DNA of 64,000 nt from Limnochordia bacterium (GTDB taxonomy: Bacteria; Bacillota; Limnochordia; DTU080): the NCBI GenBank assembly GCA_050951545.1, contig JBMNJG010000007.1, forward strand, positions 416,001-480,000, given 5' to 3'. Positions within the stretch are counted from its first letter, which is position 1, and each line of letters begins with the position of its first letter. The position numbers and the translations under genes were made by a program. The notes under the pieces were generated by a model. That model saw only the letters and a program-made list of their open reading frames with translations. It was not told where the DNA came from and did not search any database. Below, in pieces: positions 49,401 to 58,973 of this stretch.

Positions 49401-50357
49401 GTACGCACGTACCAGCTCACGAAAGACGAACGCTTCCTACACGTCGCGCGGCGGGCTTTTGAAGCAGCGGTGGCCAAACTCAAGGTAAGTGAAAGCAACT
49501 TCGGTAAGAGCATAGCCCAGGCTATTCGCCAGACTCCGGAGTCCATGGTCGGCTTTGTGGCCGAGCCTCTTCCCTACGTTGTTAGAGCTCCAGAAGAGCT
49601 GCAGCTATATAAGGGCTCGCCAGTCACACTGGAAGTCACCTTTACGAGAAGGGATGCTGAAGAGGGATATCGCGGTAGCGTGCGCGTTCTTGGCACGCCT
49701 GAGGGTCTTTCTATGGAAGAGACAGAGCTTCCGTTCGAATTGAGGCCTGGTGAGCGGAGTGCCGTGCTGCGGTTCAACGCCGTGGTCGGCGATACTTTGT
49801 ATCCTGGAACGTATTCGATGCAATTCCAGGAGATAGTGACGAGGGTTTCTGCGTGCTCAGCAGTCAGAGTACGTGGCTGGCGGCGTCTGGATGCGTTTCG
49901 GCCTCCTGTAGAACATGGTTGGTTTGGCTCCTTCAGTTTCTCGGCGACACTCGAGGAGTCTGCAGGATGGACCTACGCAACTGATAGCCAAGATGCTCCC
50001 TACGGTTTGGTTAACCGACGCGTGCGTCAGGGATCTGGTGAGGAGTATCTTGTTTACGAAGTCCCTGGACTCTACAGCTTCCAGTTGGTGGCCTTGGTGC
50101 CCCATGAGGAAGTCGAGGGTCTTGGCGAATGCCTGCAAATCTGGATCGGTAATCAGGGTGAGGAATGGAGTCGGGTCGGTGTTGATGTAGCCTGGGAGGC
50201 AAGTGAAGGAATGCCGCTAGCGAAGGTTACACTCTCTCCCAGCACTCGTCTGCGGGGCGATAGGAGCCTGCTCAAGATCGTGGTCGCTGGTGCTGGTGCC
50301 AGCAGATGGCCTCAGTTGGGCGAGCTCCAGTTGGAGGGCTGGGATCTGAACTCATAG
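46461..50357 (+). CDS. secreted YetA/PcRGLX-like (exo-rhamnogalacturonan lyase-like) multidomain protein
   Basis: Signal peptide; PVSSGIPLPRG...VPLQTEVLARWPDDSIRW; FWEQF; YGWRHFGDW; HTWLQGL.DYY..TGD. Confidence 0.72.
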   Translation: MLRSSWWHNGLFLVLVAMGTLTITMVGGAQGRLLFSDDFADAPVGGFPPGWRISARGDYLQVVNDPTAKGGRAVRILGDPSRASSMVVELSTEDPVIVIEHSVRWVKNSGLNYYVYGQPSGNNVNWFVDQRGHLNYRFTQNGKVTTAQAGLLNPGWNRVRVQADYERNEVYLYLNDLEIPALGPLPFRTPVDDWRVIRLTFYDTGRKANVSELTESYYDDVRVWSLSREEVEGADSAEPVQAISARSTIWAGDLPPRAKVVPPLPSEPPEASVERVRVPLTVTEDSGVRRIGQPVSSGIPLPRGQLWDDAGLRLLNADGVEVPLQTEVLARWPDDSIRWVLLIFQADLLPRERARFNAEYGSAVERAQRRGLQLHRDGNSLQVAAGALKWSLPSEGVTAAVDRAGEEWRWVGVPTLTARDKDGFVYISAGTSYAVDVEEDGPQRAVVRIRGELRAESPGAPGLFAFEYRLFFFRDRAVVRIDPVLTNLMAHAGAGSEVIELHEVSLVFPKWLSGQDALAYELGLLSPSDAGAQHLIGMASEATSGVPERITGKTFGGFRLAQEDVGLLRMADQPEDIMLSKRSSGWIHFTRGERQVGVGVRHFWEQFSKGFEVTPAGDLCIHLWVDGSLTMRGGEAKRHEVYVSLEDEPNMAAWLQPLMAVASPEWYSDTEGMGQPIFVYDPELLPLLDPSVAAYEEFVQEGFVQLLRNREVLKEYGWRHFGDWSTTWDPDGWGNIECDLARAFFLQFARTGELEYLRFAETAARHWMDLDIIWAADTLSWLGGGIEHSTAHRSKTVDTGHTWLQGLVDYYLFTGDRRSLEAALLTGDWFARMALERPASGPRLHNRPGARRPGWALIALMRLAHLGDPYYLEAAQALVQIMAEEQTADGQWTYGIPEAELPGEGRPQLTKGFMTALTLKGLVDYERFTGDPLAADLLVKGTRFLVDEMWDYDVGGFQYIHHPKFPPSVGSGTFLFLDSLVRTYQLTKDERFLHVARRAFEAAVAKLKVSESNFGKSIAQAIRQTPESMVGFVAEPLPYVVRAPEELQLYKGSPVTLEVTFTRRDAEEGYRGSVRVLGTPEGLSMEETELPFELRPGERSAVLRFNAVVGDTLYPGTYSMQFQEIVTRVSACSAVRVRGWRRLDAFRPPVEHGWFGSFSFSATLEESAGWTYATDSQDAPYGLVNRRVRQGSGEEYLVYEVPGLYSFQLVALVPHEEVEGLGECLQIWIGNQGEEWSRVGVDVAWEASEGMPLAKVTLSPSTRLRGDRSLLKIVVAGAGASRWPQLGELQLEGWDLNS

Positions 50358-50428
50358 GTTCGCGCGAGGCATACCGCCTTGGCCACAACGAGGAGCATGT
50401 TTCTGTACCCTGGCGCTCAGGCCTGTAC

Positions 50429-51325
50429 CTACTGGGCGCCTTCTACTAACCAAGCCTTGTACACAGTGGGAGCGACCCCAGACTGTAGCTTGAAAGCTCT
50501 CGAGAAGCTGCTCACGTCGTTGTATTGGCAGGCCAGGGCTGTTTCAGTGACGCTTTCCCCCGCGTGAAGAAGAGCATGTGCCAGGGAGAAGCGGGTGGTG
50601 TTTAGGTGTTCCCTGAGGTTCATCCCGGTCGCTCTGCGGAAGATTCGCCGGAGGTGCCCTTCGCTGATCTCCAGACGCTTGGCTAGATCGCCTACATGGA
50701 ATATGGCGGTACCGTCTTGTCCATTCATGCGTTCGACGCATTCGACAAGCCACTCCTCATGAGGGGTCGGCCTTTCGTTGGTAACCGCGGTAGTTGGGCT
50801 TTCCTCGTCAATGCAACGCAGAATCTCAAGCAAGAGCCTAGAGATATGAGGGCGGGATGAGCGACTCCAGTCAGCACACTCGACATAGAGCCTTTGCATG
50901 AGGGCACAAAGCTTTTTCTGCATTGGCGCAGGCACGCTGAACTGGCGACAAGGTCTTGTGTTCGTAGGCAGGAGATGCAGAAGCGAGTTGGTTGGCTCTC
51001 TCACGCTCGAAGTGGGAAGAGCTAGCGGAAAGTGGACGACTCGGCGTGCGTACTCTGTAGAGGAAGAGGCATAGAGCTGGTGAGGAACAGGTCCCAGCAA
51101 CAGGGTTACGTGGCCAGGAAGGAGGGGGAATCTCTGTCTGCTGCGCGTCACCTCGAAGAAACCGGACCCTTCCTCGCAGTAGTGCAGTTCTATGTGCGGA
51201 TGCTGGTGAGCGGTGGTGTGGCCTGAGGATTTTCGCAACTGGTAGACGCGGAAATCTTGGAGTAGTGGCGTAGGGGTAGGGAACGGATGATACTGCGCTA
51301 GCACTGTACACCTTCCTCTCCGCAA
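50429..51325 (-). CDS. AraC family transcriptional regulator
   Basis: HQHPHIELHY cupin; SEGHLRRIFR...YNDVSSFSRAFK. Confidence 0.9.
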   Translation of the reverse strand: MRRGRCTVLAQYHPFPTPTPLLQDFRVYQLRKSSGHTTAHQHPHIELHYCEEGSGFFEVTRSRQRFPLLPGHVTLLLGPVPHQLYASSSTEYARRVVHFPLALPTSSVREPTNSLLHLLPTNTRPCRQFSVPAPMQKKLCALMQRLYVECADWSRSSRPHISRLLLEILRCIDEESPTTAVTNERPTPHEEWLVECVERMNGQDGTAIFHVGDLAKRLEISEGHLRRIFRRATGMNLREHLNTTRFSLAHALLHAGESVTETALACQYNDVSSFSRAFKLQSGVAPTVYKAWLVEGAQ

Positions 51326-51795
51326 TTCAAGGTAGCATGAACATCACGCCTGCCTGCCATATACTCCAATTTGACGACACCAGGCAGAAACCTGCCGGGG
51401 TGGTTGCGGGTTGGGGCACGACGCGGCGGAATCCATCTTTTCGGTTCTTACCTGTTGCCAAGACATGGCGAGCGATGTAGAATGTGGTTGTTGTTTGGCT
51501 GAGTTCAATCTAGGATATCAATTGCCGCATTTACACAGAAAGGGGGGCAAAGGGATGACCAAGAGGCGTCTAGTACGGTCCTGCGTAATCATTGTGCATG
51601 TCACAGACCTGGTTGTTGGCGCGCCCTTGGGAAGCATCTCTTTGCGCTTGTGTGTTCGAAACGGTGATCCCCCCTAATGAAGGGTGTAGCGGGATTTGCC
51701 CGAACCACGGCGCGCATCGGTGTCGTGGTTTTTCTTTACCGCGAAACCGACCTTTTGGGCACCGCTGTCGGATCGAGGCATCAGGAGGTGTTATC

Positions 51796-54102
51796 GTGAA
51801 GGTTCTTTGGCCACTACCATCTGAGGTCAGACAAGAGGTGGAGGGGCGACTGACTGTTGGTGAGAGGATAGAGGTAGCTCTGGCAACGGATTTGGCTACG
51901 CCGTCTGCTTTTGCTGTTGGATGGATGATCGCCACAGACAAGCGCATTATCGTGCTTGTGCCTGCCGCCGACGATGGTGATCCACTGCAAGCAGATTCTG
52001 ATGCTGTTACGCACAGAAATGGTACTACCGCTATACCAGCGGTTGGATGTCTTCCGCGTGTGCAAGAGCAGTGGCGTATAGCGGAGTATCCCCTGGACCA
52101 GGTCGAGTGGGCCAAGGTGGAGCCGCTGGTTGGTGGAGGCAAACTGTGCATTCAGGTCGGGTCACGGCTTGTCGAAGCGGTCTTTTTCTCCAGTTCTCTC
52201 ATCGAGAGATTTGCAGAAGCTGCTCGCACTATCGAGAAGCTGGCCAAGGGAACGCCACCCGACAACGCCAATGTGGAGGAGCCCACGCGCTGTGGCAAGT
52301 GTCAACGCCTCCTACCCGAGCCGGGTGGCCTGTGCCCTGCGTGTGTGCAGAAAGCTGCGGTGCTCATGCGCATTGCGCGCTATATCAAGCCGTACTGGCC
52401 TAGCGCTCTGGCCCTGGCTCTGATTGCCCTGGGCAGTACGGGTGCTCAGCTGATACCGCCCTACGTGTCGCGTATCTTGCTGGACCGGGTGCTCGTACCG
52501 AGGCAAAACATACATTTGCTTCCGTGGTTGGCACTGACTTTGCTCAGCATGTCTGCTCTTGAGGCTGGTGCCGGTGCCTTACATGGGTGGATCGTGGCCT
52601 CCCTGAGCGCCAAGGTGACACGTGACATCCGCGCTCACATCTATCGGGTGCTAGAACGCCTCACGCTGCGTTTCTATGACAAGCGGCAGACTGGGGCCAT
52701 CATGTCGCGAGTGACCAATGACGCTGACCGACTCAACGGTATCTTGGTGGATGGTCTGCCCTATCTGATCTCGAATTTCCTGCTTGTGTGCGGTGTGGCG
52801 GTTATGCTGTTTGCACTTGACTGGAAGCTGGCCCTTCTGGCGTTGCTACCCGCTCCGCTCTTAATCATGGGCGGTACGATCTTTTGGCGCCGGATGCGCA
52901 GTGTCTTCTACACGTGTGGGCAGAAGTGGTCTAACTTCTCCGCCTACCTGAACGAGTCCATCACAGGCATCAAGGTAGTGAAGGCCTTTGCCCAGGAGGA
53001 CAAGGAGATCGGACGCCTTGATAGGCGTAACGAAGCTCTCTGTACGGCCAACGTGAGTGCTGATCGGTTGTGGATGATGTTTTTCACCACAATGAATCTG
53101 ACCTCCAGTTTGGGAATAGTCATTGTGTGGTTCTTCGGTGGCAGACGCGTGTTGGCTGGTGAAGTGACCGTCGGCGAACTAGTCGCGTTTGTTCAGTACC
53201 AGATGATCATGTATCGACCGCTCCAGTGGTTCGCCCAGCTCAACAACTGGCTTACCCGGGCGCTTGCGGGCGCCGAGCGCATTTTCGAAGTGATCGATGC
53301 CGACCCGGAGCCCTACCAGAGCAGTGACTATCAGGCGCTTCCCGACATCCGCGGTGAGGTGGAGTTTCGGGGGGTCACCTTTGGTTACGAACGCTACAAG
53401 CCCGTGTTGAAGGGGGTAAACCTCCATGTGCAGCCCGGCGAGATGATAGGTCTGGTAGGTCGGTCAGGGGCTGGTAAGAGCACTCTCATCAACCTTCTGT
53501 GCCGCTTCTACGATCCGGACGAGGGCCAGATTCTGGTGGATGGTATAGACCAGAGAGAAATCCGTCTGGAAAGCCTGCGCAGTCGGATTGGTATGGTGCT
53601 GCAGGAGCCGTTTCTGTTCAACGGCACTATTGCTGAGAACATTGCCTACGGCAAACCCGATGCCTCCCTGGATGAGATCATCCGGGCAGCTCGGGCAGCA
53701 AATGCCCATACTTTTGTCGTCAACAAGCCGGATGGCTACGACACGCAGGTTGGCGAGCGGGGCGCTAAGCTGTCTGTGGGGGAACGTCAGCGGGTATCCA
53801 TCGCCCGAGCGATTCTGCATGACCCACGCATCTTGATCATGGACGAAGCTACGGCTTCCGTCGATACAGAGACGGAGCGACAGATCCAGGAGGCCATTGG
53901 GCGGCTGGTTCAGGGTAGGACTACGTTTGCCATTGCTCACCGCCTGTCGACCCTACGCAACGCCAACCGACTGGTAGTGATTGATGAGGGGACGATAGCA
54001 GAGGTGGGAACTCACGATGAGCTGATGGAGCGAAAGGGGTTGTACCACCGGCTGGTCAACATGCAGACGGAGGTCAACAAACTCCGCGCCGTTGACGGGT
54101 AG
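51796..54102 (+). CDS. ABC transporter permease/ATPase with N-terminal extension and Cys4 motif
   Basis: GTG after AGGAGG; CGKC..CPAC; TMD; GRSGAGKST, LSVGERQR, DEATASVD, IAHRLSTL. Confidence 0.92.
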   Translation: MKVLWPLPSEVRQEVEGRLTVGERIEVALATDLATPSAFAVGWMIATDKRIIVLVPAADDGDPLQADSDAVTHRNGTTAIPAVGCLPRVQEQWRIAEYPLDQVEWAKVEPLVGGGKLCIQVGSRLVEAVFFSSSLIERFAEAARTIEKLAKGTPPDNANVEEPTRCGKCQRLLPEPGGLCPACVQKAAVLMRIARYIKPYWPSALALALIALGSTGAQLIPPYVSRILLDRVLVPRQNIHLLPWLALTLLSMSALEAGAGALHGWIVASLSAKVTRDIRAHIYRVLERLTLRFYDKRQTGAIMSRVTNDADRLNGILVDGLPYLISNFLLVCGVAVMLFALDWKLALLALLPAPLLIMGGTIFWRRMRSVFYTCGQKWSNFSAYLNESITGIKVVKAFAQEDKEIGRLDRRNEALCTANVSADRLWMMFFTTMNLTSSLGIVIVWFFGGRRVLAGEVTVGELVAFVQYQMIMYRPLQWFAQLNNWLTRALAGAERIFEVIDADPEPYQSSDYQALPDIRGEVEFRGVTFGYERYKPVLKGVNLHVQPGEMIGLVGRSGAGKSTLINLLCRFYDPDEGQILVDGIDQREIRLESLRSRIGMVLQEPFLFNGTIAENIAYGKPDASLDEIIRAARAANAHTFVVNKPDGYDTQVGERGAKLSVGERQRVSIARAILHDPRILIMDEATASVDTETERQIQEAIGRLVQGRTTFAIAHRLSTLRNANRLVVIDEGTIAEVGTHDELMERKGLYHRLVNMQTEVNKLRAVDG

Positions 54103-54165
54103 GCGAGCGAAACACAAGGGATCCTCTGGTCTTCGTGTCGGAGCAAGAGGGGAACAGGAGGGAAG

Positions 54166-54741
54166 ATGATCGTGAAGGGTGCTAGTTTGGCAGAACAGCA
54201 ATCGATGGAGCAATGGGCGCACCACATCGATGCTGATTACGCTCGGGATTCTTGGCAGCCGGGGATGCTGGATCCTAGAGACATCGTGTTGCGTCAGTCA
54301 AGCGGGTGGGGGATGACGCTTACACTGCGGGACGTTCGCACCTGGTTAGGTGTGCGTATCGTCCGTGCGTTCCCACTGTCACAGGGCTGGAAGTATATGA
54401 CATTCCTGAACCGCAAGAACGATGAGATAGGTACCATCCGTAGCCTGAAGGACCTCGAACCAGTGACTCGTCAGCTGGCAGAAACCGAGATACGACATCG
54501 CTACTTGGTGAACGTGATTCAGAGCATTCACTCGTTGCGCTGTGAAGGTGACACACTCTATCTCGGTGTCAGTTGCCAGCGTGGTCAGCGGGAGTGTGTG
54601 GTCAAAGCCACGAGGGAGACCGTGGTTCGGCTTGACGACGCCAGGCTGATCATTGTGGATGTAGACGGCAACCGGTTTGAGATAGACGACATACAGCGTT
54701 TTGGCAGACGAGTGCAAGAGACCTTCAACCAGGTGCTTTGA
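54166..54741 (+). CDS. DUF1854 family protein
   Basis: RAFPLS...EIG.I..L..L...E...RY...I..I; D.DGNRF.I.D; usual partner of this ABC type. Confidence 0.8.
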   Translation: MIVKGASLAEQQSMEQWAHHIDADYARDSWQPGMLDPRDIVLRQSSGWGMTLTLRDVRTWLGVRIVRAFPLSQGWKYMTFLNRKNDEIGTIRSLKDLEPVTRQLAETEIRHRYLVNVIQSIHSLRCEGDTLYLGVSCQRGQRECVVKATRETVVRLDDARLIIVDVDGNRFEIDDIQRFGRRVQETFNQVL

Positions 54742-54992
54742 TGCGTCACAGAGTGAGGTCGCCGTGGACCGGAAAGGGTTGCGTGGCAACCTCTTCTCAT
54801 CTAGCGATGGTGTCCGCGGGCGGCAAAAGAGGTCCGCTTCGGTTTTCCTTTCCGCCTGTAACCGCCGTTAGACCTGTCTCTTCCACCCAAAAACCTCGCC
54901 CGGCCACGGAAAACATGCTCTAGCTCGTCGGATCTGCCCTTCGAGGCAACAGAAATGGGCCGAACCCGACATGGTTTGCCACATCCGGCGGT

Positions 54993-55135
54993 ATGGTGTA
55001 CGTGCCTGAAGCTCTGCTGCTCTCCAGTGAGCTACAGGCGACTGACAAAGTGATCTATGGCACTGCAGCTTGGTACTCTACAGCCGCACGAACTGGTCCG
55101 AGGAGAGGGGCCGAGCTGGCAAACTCTGAATAAAA
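54993..55135 (+). pseudogene. frameshifted N-terminal remnant of a divergent paralog of the wHTH-nuclease
   Basis: VYVPEALLLSSELQATDKVI/MALQL..LQPHELVRGEGPSWQTL aligns with VNVPLSLLLTRELKASEKIVWMALTM...FSPSRLGRRTGMSRPTV. Confidence 0.65.
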
Positions 55136-55136
55136 C

Positions 55137-55364
55137 ATGCGTCCCATGAACGTCTCGCGTTCCGGTACCGTCAATCTGTCGGTGGGGAAATACGTTCCGC
55201 CTTCGAAGGGTGTTCGACGGTTGCGGGATGGGGATGTCCTCTTTAATAACACAAACAGCCCGGAGTTAGTAGGCAAGACCGCATTCGTACAGAAAGCTGG
55301 CGACTGGGGATTTTCGAGTCACATGACGAGGCTAGCTTTTCACCGGGGGACTAGCCCTAGATAG
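55137..55364 (+). pseudogene. type I restriction-modification specificity subunit (HsdS) fragment
   Basis: LRDGDVLFNNTNSPELVGKTA...FSSHMTRL. Confidence 0.75.
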
Positions 55365-55709
55365 GCTGGGATACGTCGTGGAAGGTACTGGGCGCAAGCG
55401 ATGCCTAATCCATTTCTCTCTCATCGACAACACCACCGAGTCAGTCAGTGCATGGATCCCACAGAACCCCTATACCCTCAAGGGTCTTGGGGGGTGGAGG
55501 GGAGTTACTGGTCTCTAGGGAGTGAGAAGCAGAAGGGAGACGGAGCTGCAAGACCTAGCTACAGACCCTGCAAGGCTCGTAGCCTGGTCCTTCCCCCTTC
55601 TACTCCTCCTGACTGAGCAACCTCAGAACCCCAAGCACTTCCCCGTTCTGTGTTCCTTGGCTACGCTACAGGGATACACTGCTCAACGTCCATGACCGTA
55701 CCCGTGCGC

Positions 55710-55889
55710 TCAAGCGGGGACGGAGGGACGGTTCCGCTGCTGGTCTTCCACCGACCACTTCTCATCGAGATCCCTAATGACACGTACCTCTGTCTCAGCC
55801 ACTGCATGTGTGTACCTGTTCGCCATAGCCATCGTCTTGTGCCCTAGCCTGCTCATGATGTTCTTAACGGGCATCCCCTCGTCAGCCAG
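55710..55889 (-). pseudogene. tyrosine integrase, extreme C-terminus (downstream of the IS insertion)
   Basis: LADEGMPVKNIMSRLGHK...RYTH: LGH and catalytic Tyr. Confidence 0.85.
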
Positions 55890-58247
55890 CTGGTCCTTAC
55901 CCTTACTTAACACCGTGGCTCATGGTGAGCGGGCGAATATGCTGAACAACTCAACTGCTTCCACTGCGTTGTCCAAATGCTGCAACCCGCGCCAAAGAAC
56001 CTGGGTGCCGGGCATGCCGTCGCTTTTTCGCCCCAAGTGTCCGCCTAGCTGCCCAACCATCCGAACCGCTTCAGCCATGGTAGGTGGTTTGTCCGGTGGA
56101 CGAGGGTTCTTGGTGACAAGGCAGCACAGCCGTTTTCCATTCAACGTCAGTAAAGAATGAAGTGCAAGCAACATCGGGGGTGTCCCGGCCCAGCATGGTC
56201 AGGTGGTAGATCCTCCAGGCCACGACCATGTCCAGTCCAATACAGGCTTGCAGGCTATCAGCTGTGCCGAGTTGCCGATTGCGGATACGACAGCCACTCT
56301 TCAGCGTACGATGGTATACTTCAATACCCCAGCGGCCAGCGTACCATTCCACTCTCGTTTTGGCATCCTTCGCAGTTTCGACCGGGACCGTCGTGAGTAG
56401 CATCCATTCTAGCGGTACTGTCGGTTGCGCAGTATCGCTTTCCGGAGGGAGCTCTGAAAGGCGGACTGCCCATAGCACTATAGGTGGTCCCTTGGCATCG
56501 CGTTTAGGGGGACGCACCTCTACCTTGGAAAAACGCAGCTCAACCCAAGTATCGCGAGCTTTTCGAGAGCCAGCATGTGGAATGTGAATTTTGAGCTTCG
56601 CGGCCACGTCGCGGGCAGCCAAAAAATCCCACAGGTAGCTTTGTTCTTCTCTATCAACTTTGCGAAGAAGCGCCCTATCAGACCTGATCAGAAGCCCAGG
56701 CCCGAGAGGATCCTTGGTTGCCTCGACAAGCAATTCATACATGTCAGATTCACGATCACCGACACTGACGATCAGTGTATCGGGACACAGCTTCTGTATC
56801 TCGGCCACCTTGCGGAAACTGTGCAGCCACTTGATGCTTTCCTTTTCCTCGATAGGTAGCCGCTGTCTTTTCTTGCTTTTGCCAGTTTCCTGTGGGTCGC
56901 GTACCCAACATTGCGCATCGAGAATTCCTAACGGCGTTCCCTCTGGCGTAAAAGCCAAGGTATCGTGCAAGAGCATACCGAGACCCTCACCGCCGGAACC
57001 TGTGGGACCAAGCCCCTCCGTCATAGGATGCGTATTATAATCGAGAGTGGTGGTATCCTGAGGGGCGAGCACCACGGGATGCTCCTTGATACGCTCAATT
57101 GTGGCCTCCGTATGAGGCGTGAGTATTACGTCCATGCTAACCGCCTTATTGCTGAAGAATCGATATGCCGCCATCGTGCGAGCCTTCGAACCGCATGCCT
57201 CTGGTATGTTCGCCTCGGAGTTATTGTAGAAATCCTGAGCGAGTATGTACAGACGCTGCTTGAGCCTTTCGTCAAAGAAACGAACGGTGCCAAACTCCTC
57301 TTCAGCCCAGTGAGCTGGCTCTTCAGGCCGAGGTAGCTCACATAGTTGCACTGGTGGAGCCTGACACAGACTTTGCCGCCACTCAGCGCAAAGAGGATAG
57401 AGAAAGATTCGTTTCCGAACACCGTCTCGCCTTCCTGCTGTGACGCCGACTTCCTCCCAGTTGGCCGCTTTGTAGCATGTGCCTAAGAAATGAGAAGGAT
57501 CAACAAAGCTCTCTACCAATAACGGGCGAACGGCGTAGCGCTCCTCCCAATCGTCCGCCAGCCGAGCAAGCGCCAAGGATAGCACGTGCGAGGCCAGATT
57601 GGGTACTTCCACCGAGGGTGCGATCAAGAAGCGAGCATTGCAGACAACCTGTGGCAAATTCGCTCTTCTGGCTGCTTCAGTCCAACCAATGTGTTCGTCA
57701 CGTGCCTTGAGCGCAAACGATGCCGACGTGAAAGCTAAGGCCCCTATGGCCCCATAGATCGAGCTCTCCACCAGGTACCTAATCTGAGCGCCACATAGCG
57801 GGCCGCTCCCCAAGTAATGATAGGTATCCAAAAGAGATCGCCAGGTCTGATGCGCTTTGGCGTAGCGACTACTAACGGGTTGCACAATGATCTCACCCAA
57901 CTCCTGTAGCGAGCAGGCGACCTGTGCAACCTCTATCCCAACAGGATCACCCAGATCCTGGAAAGCAAAGGTGATGTTAACTGCAGGTAGGGAGACCAAG
58001 TCTCTACGTTCAAGCTCCGCAAGAGCTTTGCGGCAACCCATCTCCTTCGGGTCACCATTAGGCGAACGCCAATCGTTCTCATCACACAATCGCCGGGACA
58101 ACTCTCGGCGCGAGATCGAAGGCTCCGCCTTGACCCACCTGTTAATCATCTCGATAATGGACTTGGTAAAATGAAAGCCGTTGATCCACATCATGCCTAA
58201 AGGCTAGCATGATCAACCCCCCGGTGTCAAGCGTGTGCGAGGACCAG
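55890..58247 (-). mobile_element. IS4 family (IS50/Tn5-like) insertion sequence
   Basis: 9-bp TSD GTCAGCCAG (55881-55889 and 58248-58256); IRs start CTGGTCCT (17/24 match). Confidence 0.93.
55920..58194 (-). pseudogene. IS4/IS50-type transposase with N-terminal DUF4338-like domain; +1 frameshift near 56130
   Basis: YHYLG, RFLI, NLASHVL, GTCYKAANW; QDTT, EEKES.KW, DRESD, WMLLT, Y..RW.IE.YH..LKSGC; LGGHLGRK.DG.PG continues in another frame. Confidence 0.9.
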
Positions 58248-58550
58248 GTCAGCCAGGAGGGTGCCATGGCTGTGCCTAAGGCCGTGGAACTTGATGTACG
58301 GGAGCCCTGCCTTAGACACAAGGGCTTTCCACCTGTCTACGATGGTCGACTTGCCTAGGGCTGGGCCAGTGGTTCTCCTCCTGTCACCAGGGAAGACGTA
58401 GCTGTTGGGATTCACCAGCAGGTCCCGACTAAGCAACACCTTATGCTGAAACTCTAGGGCCTGCCGGGTCAGCGACATCATTGGGATGTCCCGCTTGCCT
58501 TTGGCACCCGACTTCAGGGGGCCTACACGCTGCTGCCCTCCGACCTCAGA
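58248..58550 (-). pseudogene. tyrosine integrase catalytic-domain fragment (upstream of the IS insertion)
   Basis: LKS..GKRDIP...YVFP...IKFHGLRHSHGTLL; N-terminus absent. Confidence 0.85.
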
Positions 58551-58555
58551 GATGG

Positions 58556-58617
58556 CTTGACGAGCGCATGACGATTGCCCTGCTCGACAGGCTGACCCAT
58601 CGTGCACACATCCTACT
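58556..58617 (+). pseudogene. IS21 IstB helper ATPase scrap
   Basis: DERMTIALLDRLTHRAHIL. Confidence 0.7.
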
Positions 58618-58618
58618 T

Positions 58619-58900
58619 GGGTACCTGCTATATCCCGGCAAGCACTATGGCATTGACGGGCCTTTGGGCACCGTCAGACTGGCCATGGTCAGGGAGGGCA
58701 ATGAAGACCTGGAGTATTTCTGGCTTTACCGCACGCTCGCTGAGCAGGCTGGTCTTTCGGATGAGGTGATTGAGGCGCAAGTCCAGTCGCTGATCGAGCC
58801 CCTGGCCCGCAACCTGCGGGACTGGGAGAGAGACCCGCGTCTTCTCTACAAGCAACGAGAGGCCGTGGCCCAGCAGATCATTGAGCTGCTGCCACAGTAG
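58619..58900 (+). pseudogene. DUF4091-like glycoside hydrolase C-terminal fragment
   Basis: GYLLYPG...GP..TVRL...REG.EDLEY. Confidence 0.7.
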
Positions 58901-58908
58901 AGCACGAC

Positions 58909-58932
58909 AGGGCGGGCATCAAGTCCCGCCCT
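58909..58932. terminator. hairpin terminator
   Basis: AGGGCGGG-N8-CCCGCCCT between convergent units. Confidence 0.55.
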
Positions 58933-58973
58933 AGCCTCGTCATTGCCGGTAGGGATGTCACTTCTCAGGGTGG

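Noticed and set aside
55365-55709. tRNA or att site next to the integrase remnant
   Set aside because: No cloverleaf, TTCGA T-loop or matching direct repeat found.
58481-58900. 139-aa ORF as a real fusion protein
   Set aside because: It is a chance read-through of antisense integrase, an IstB scrap and a DUF4091 tail, without a credible start.
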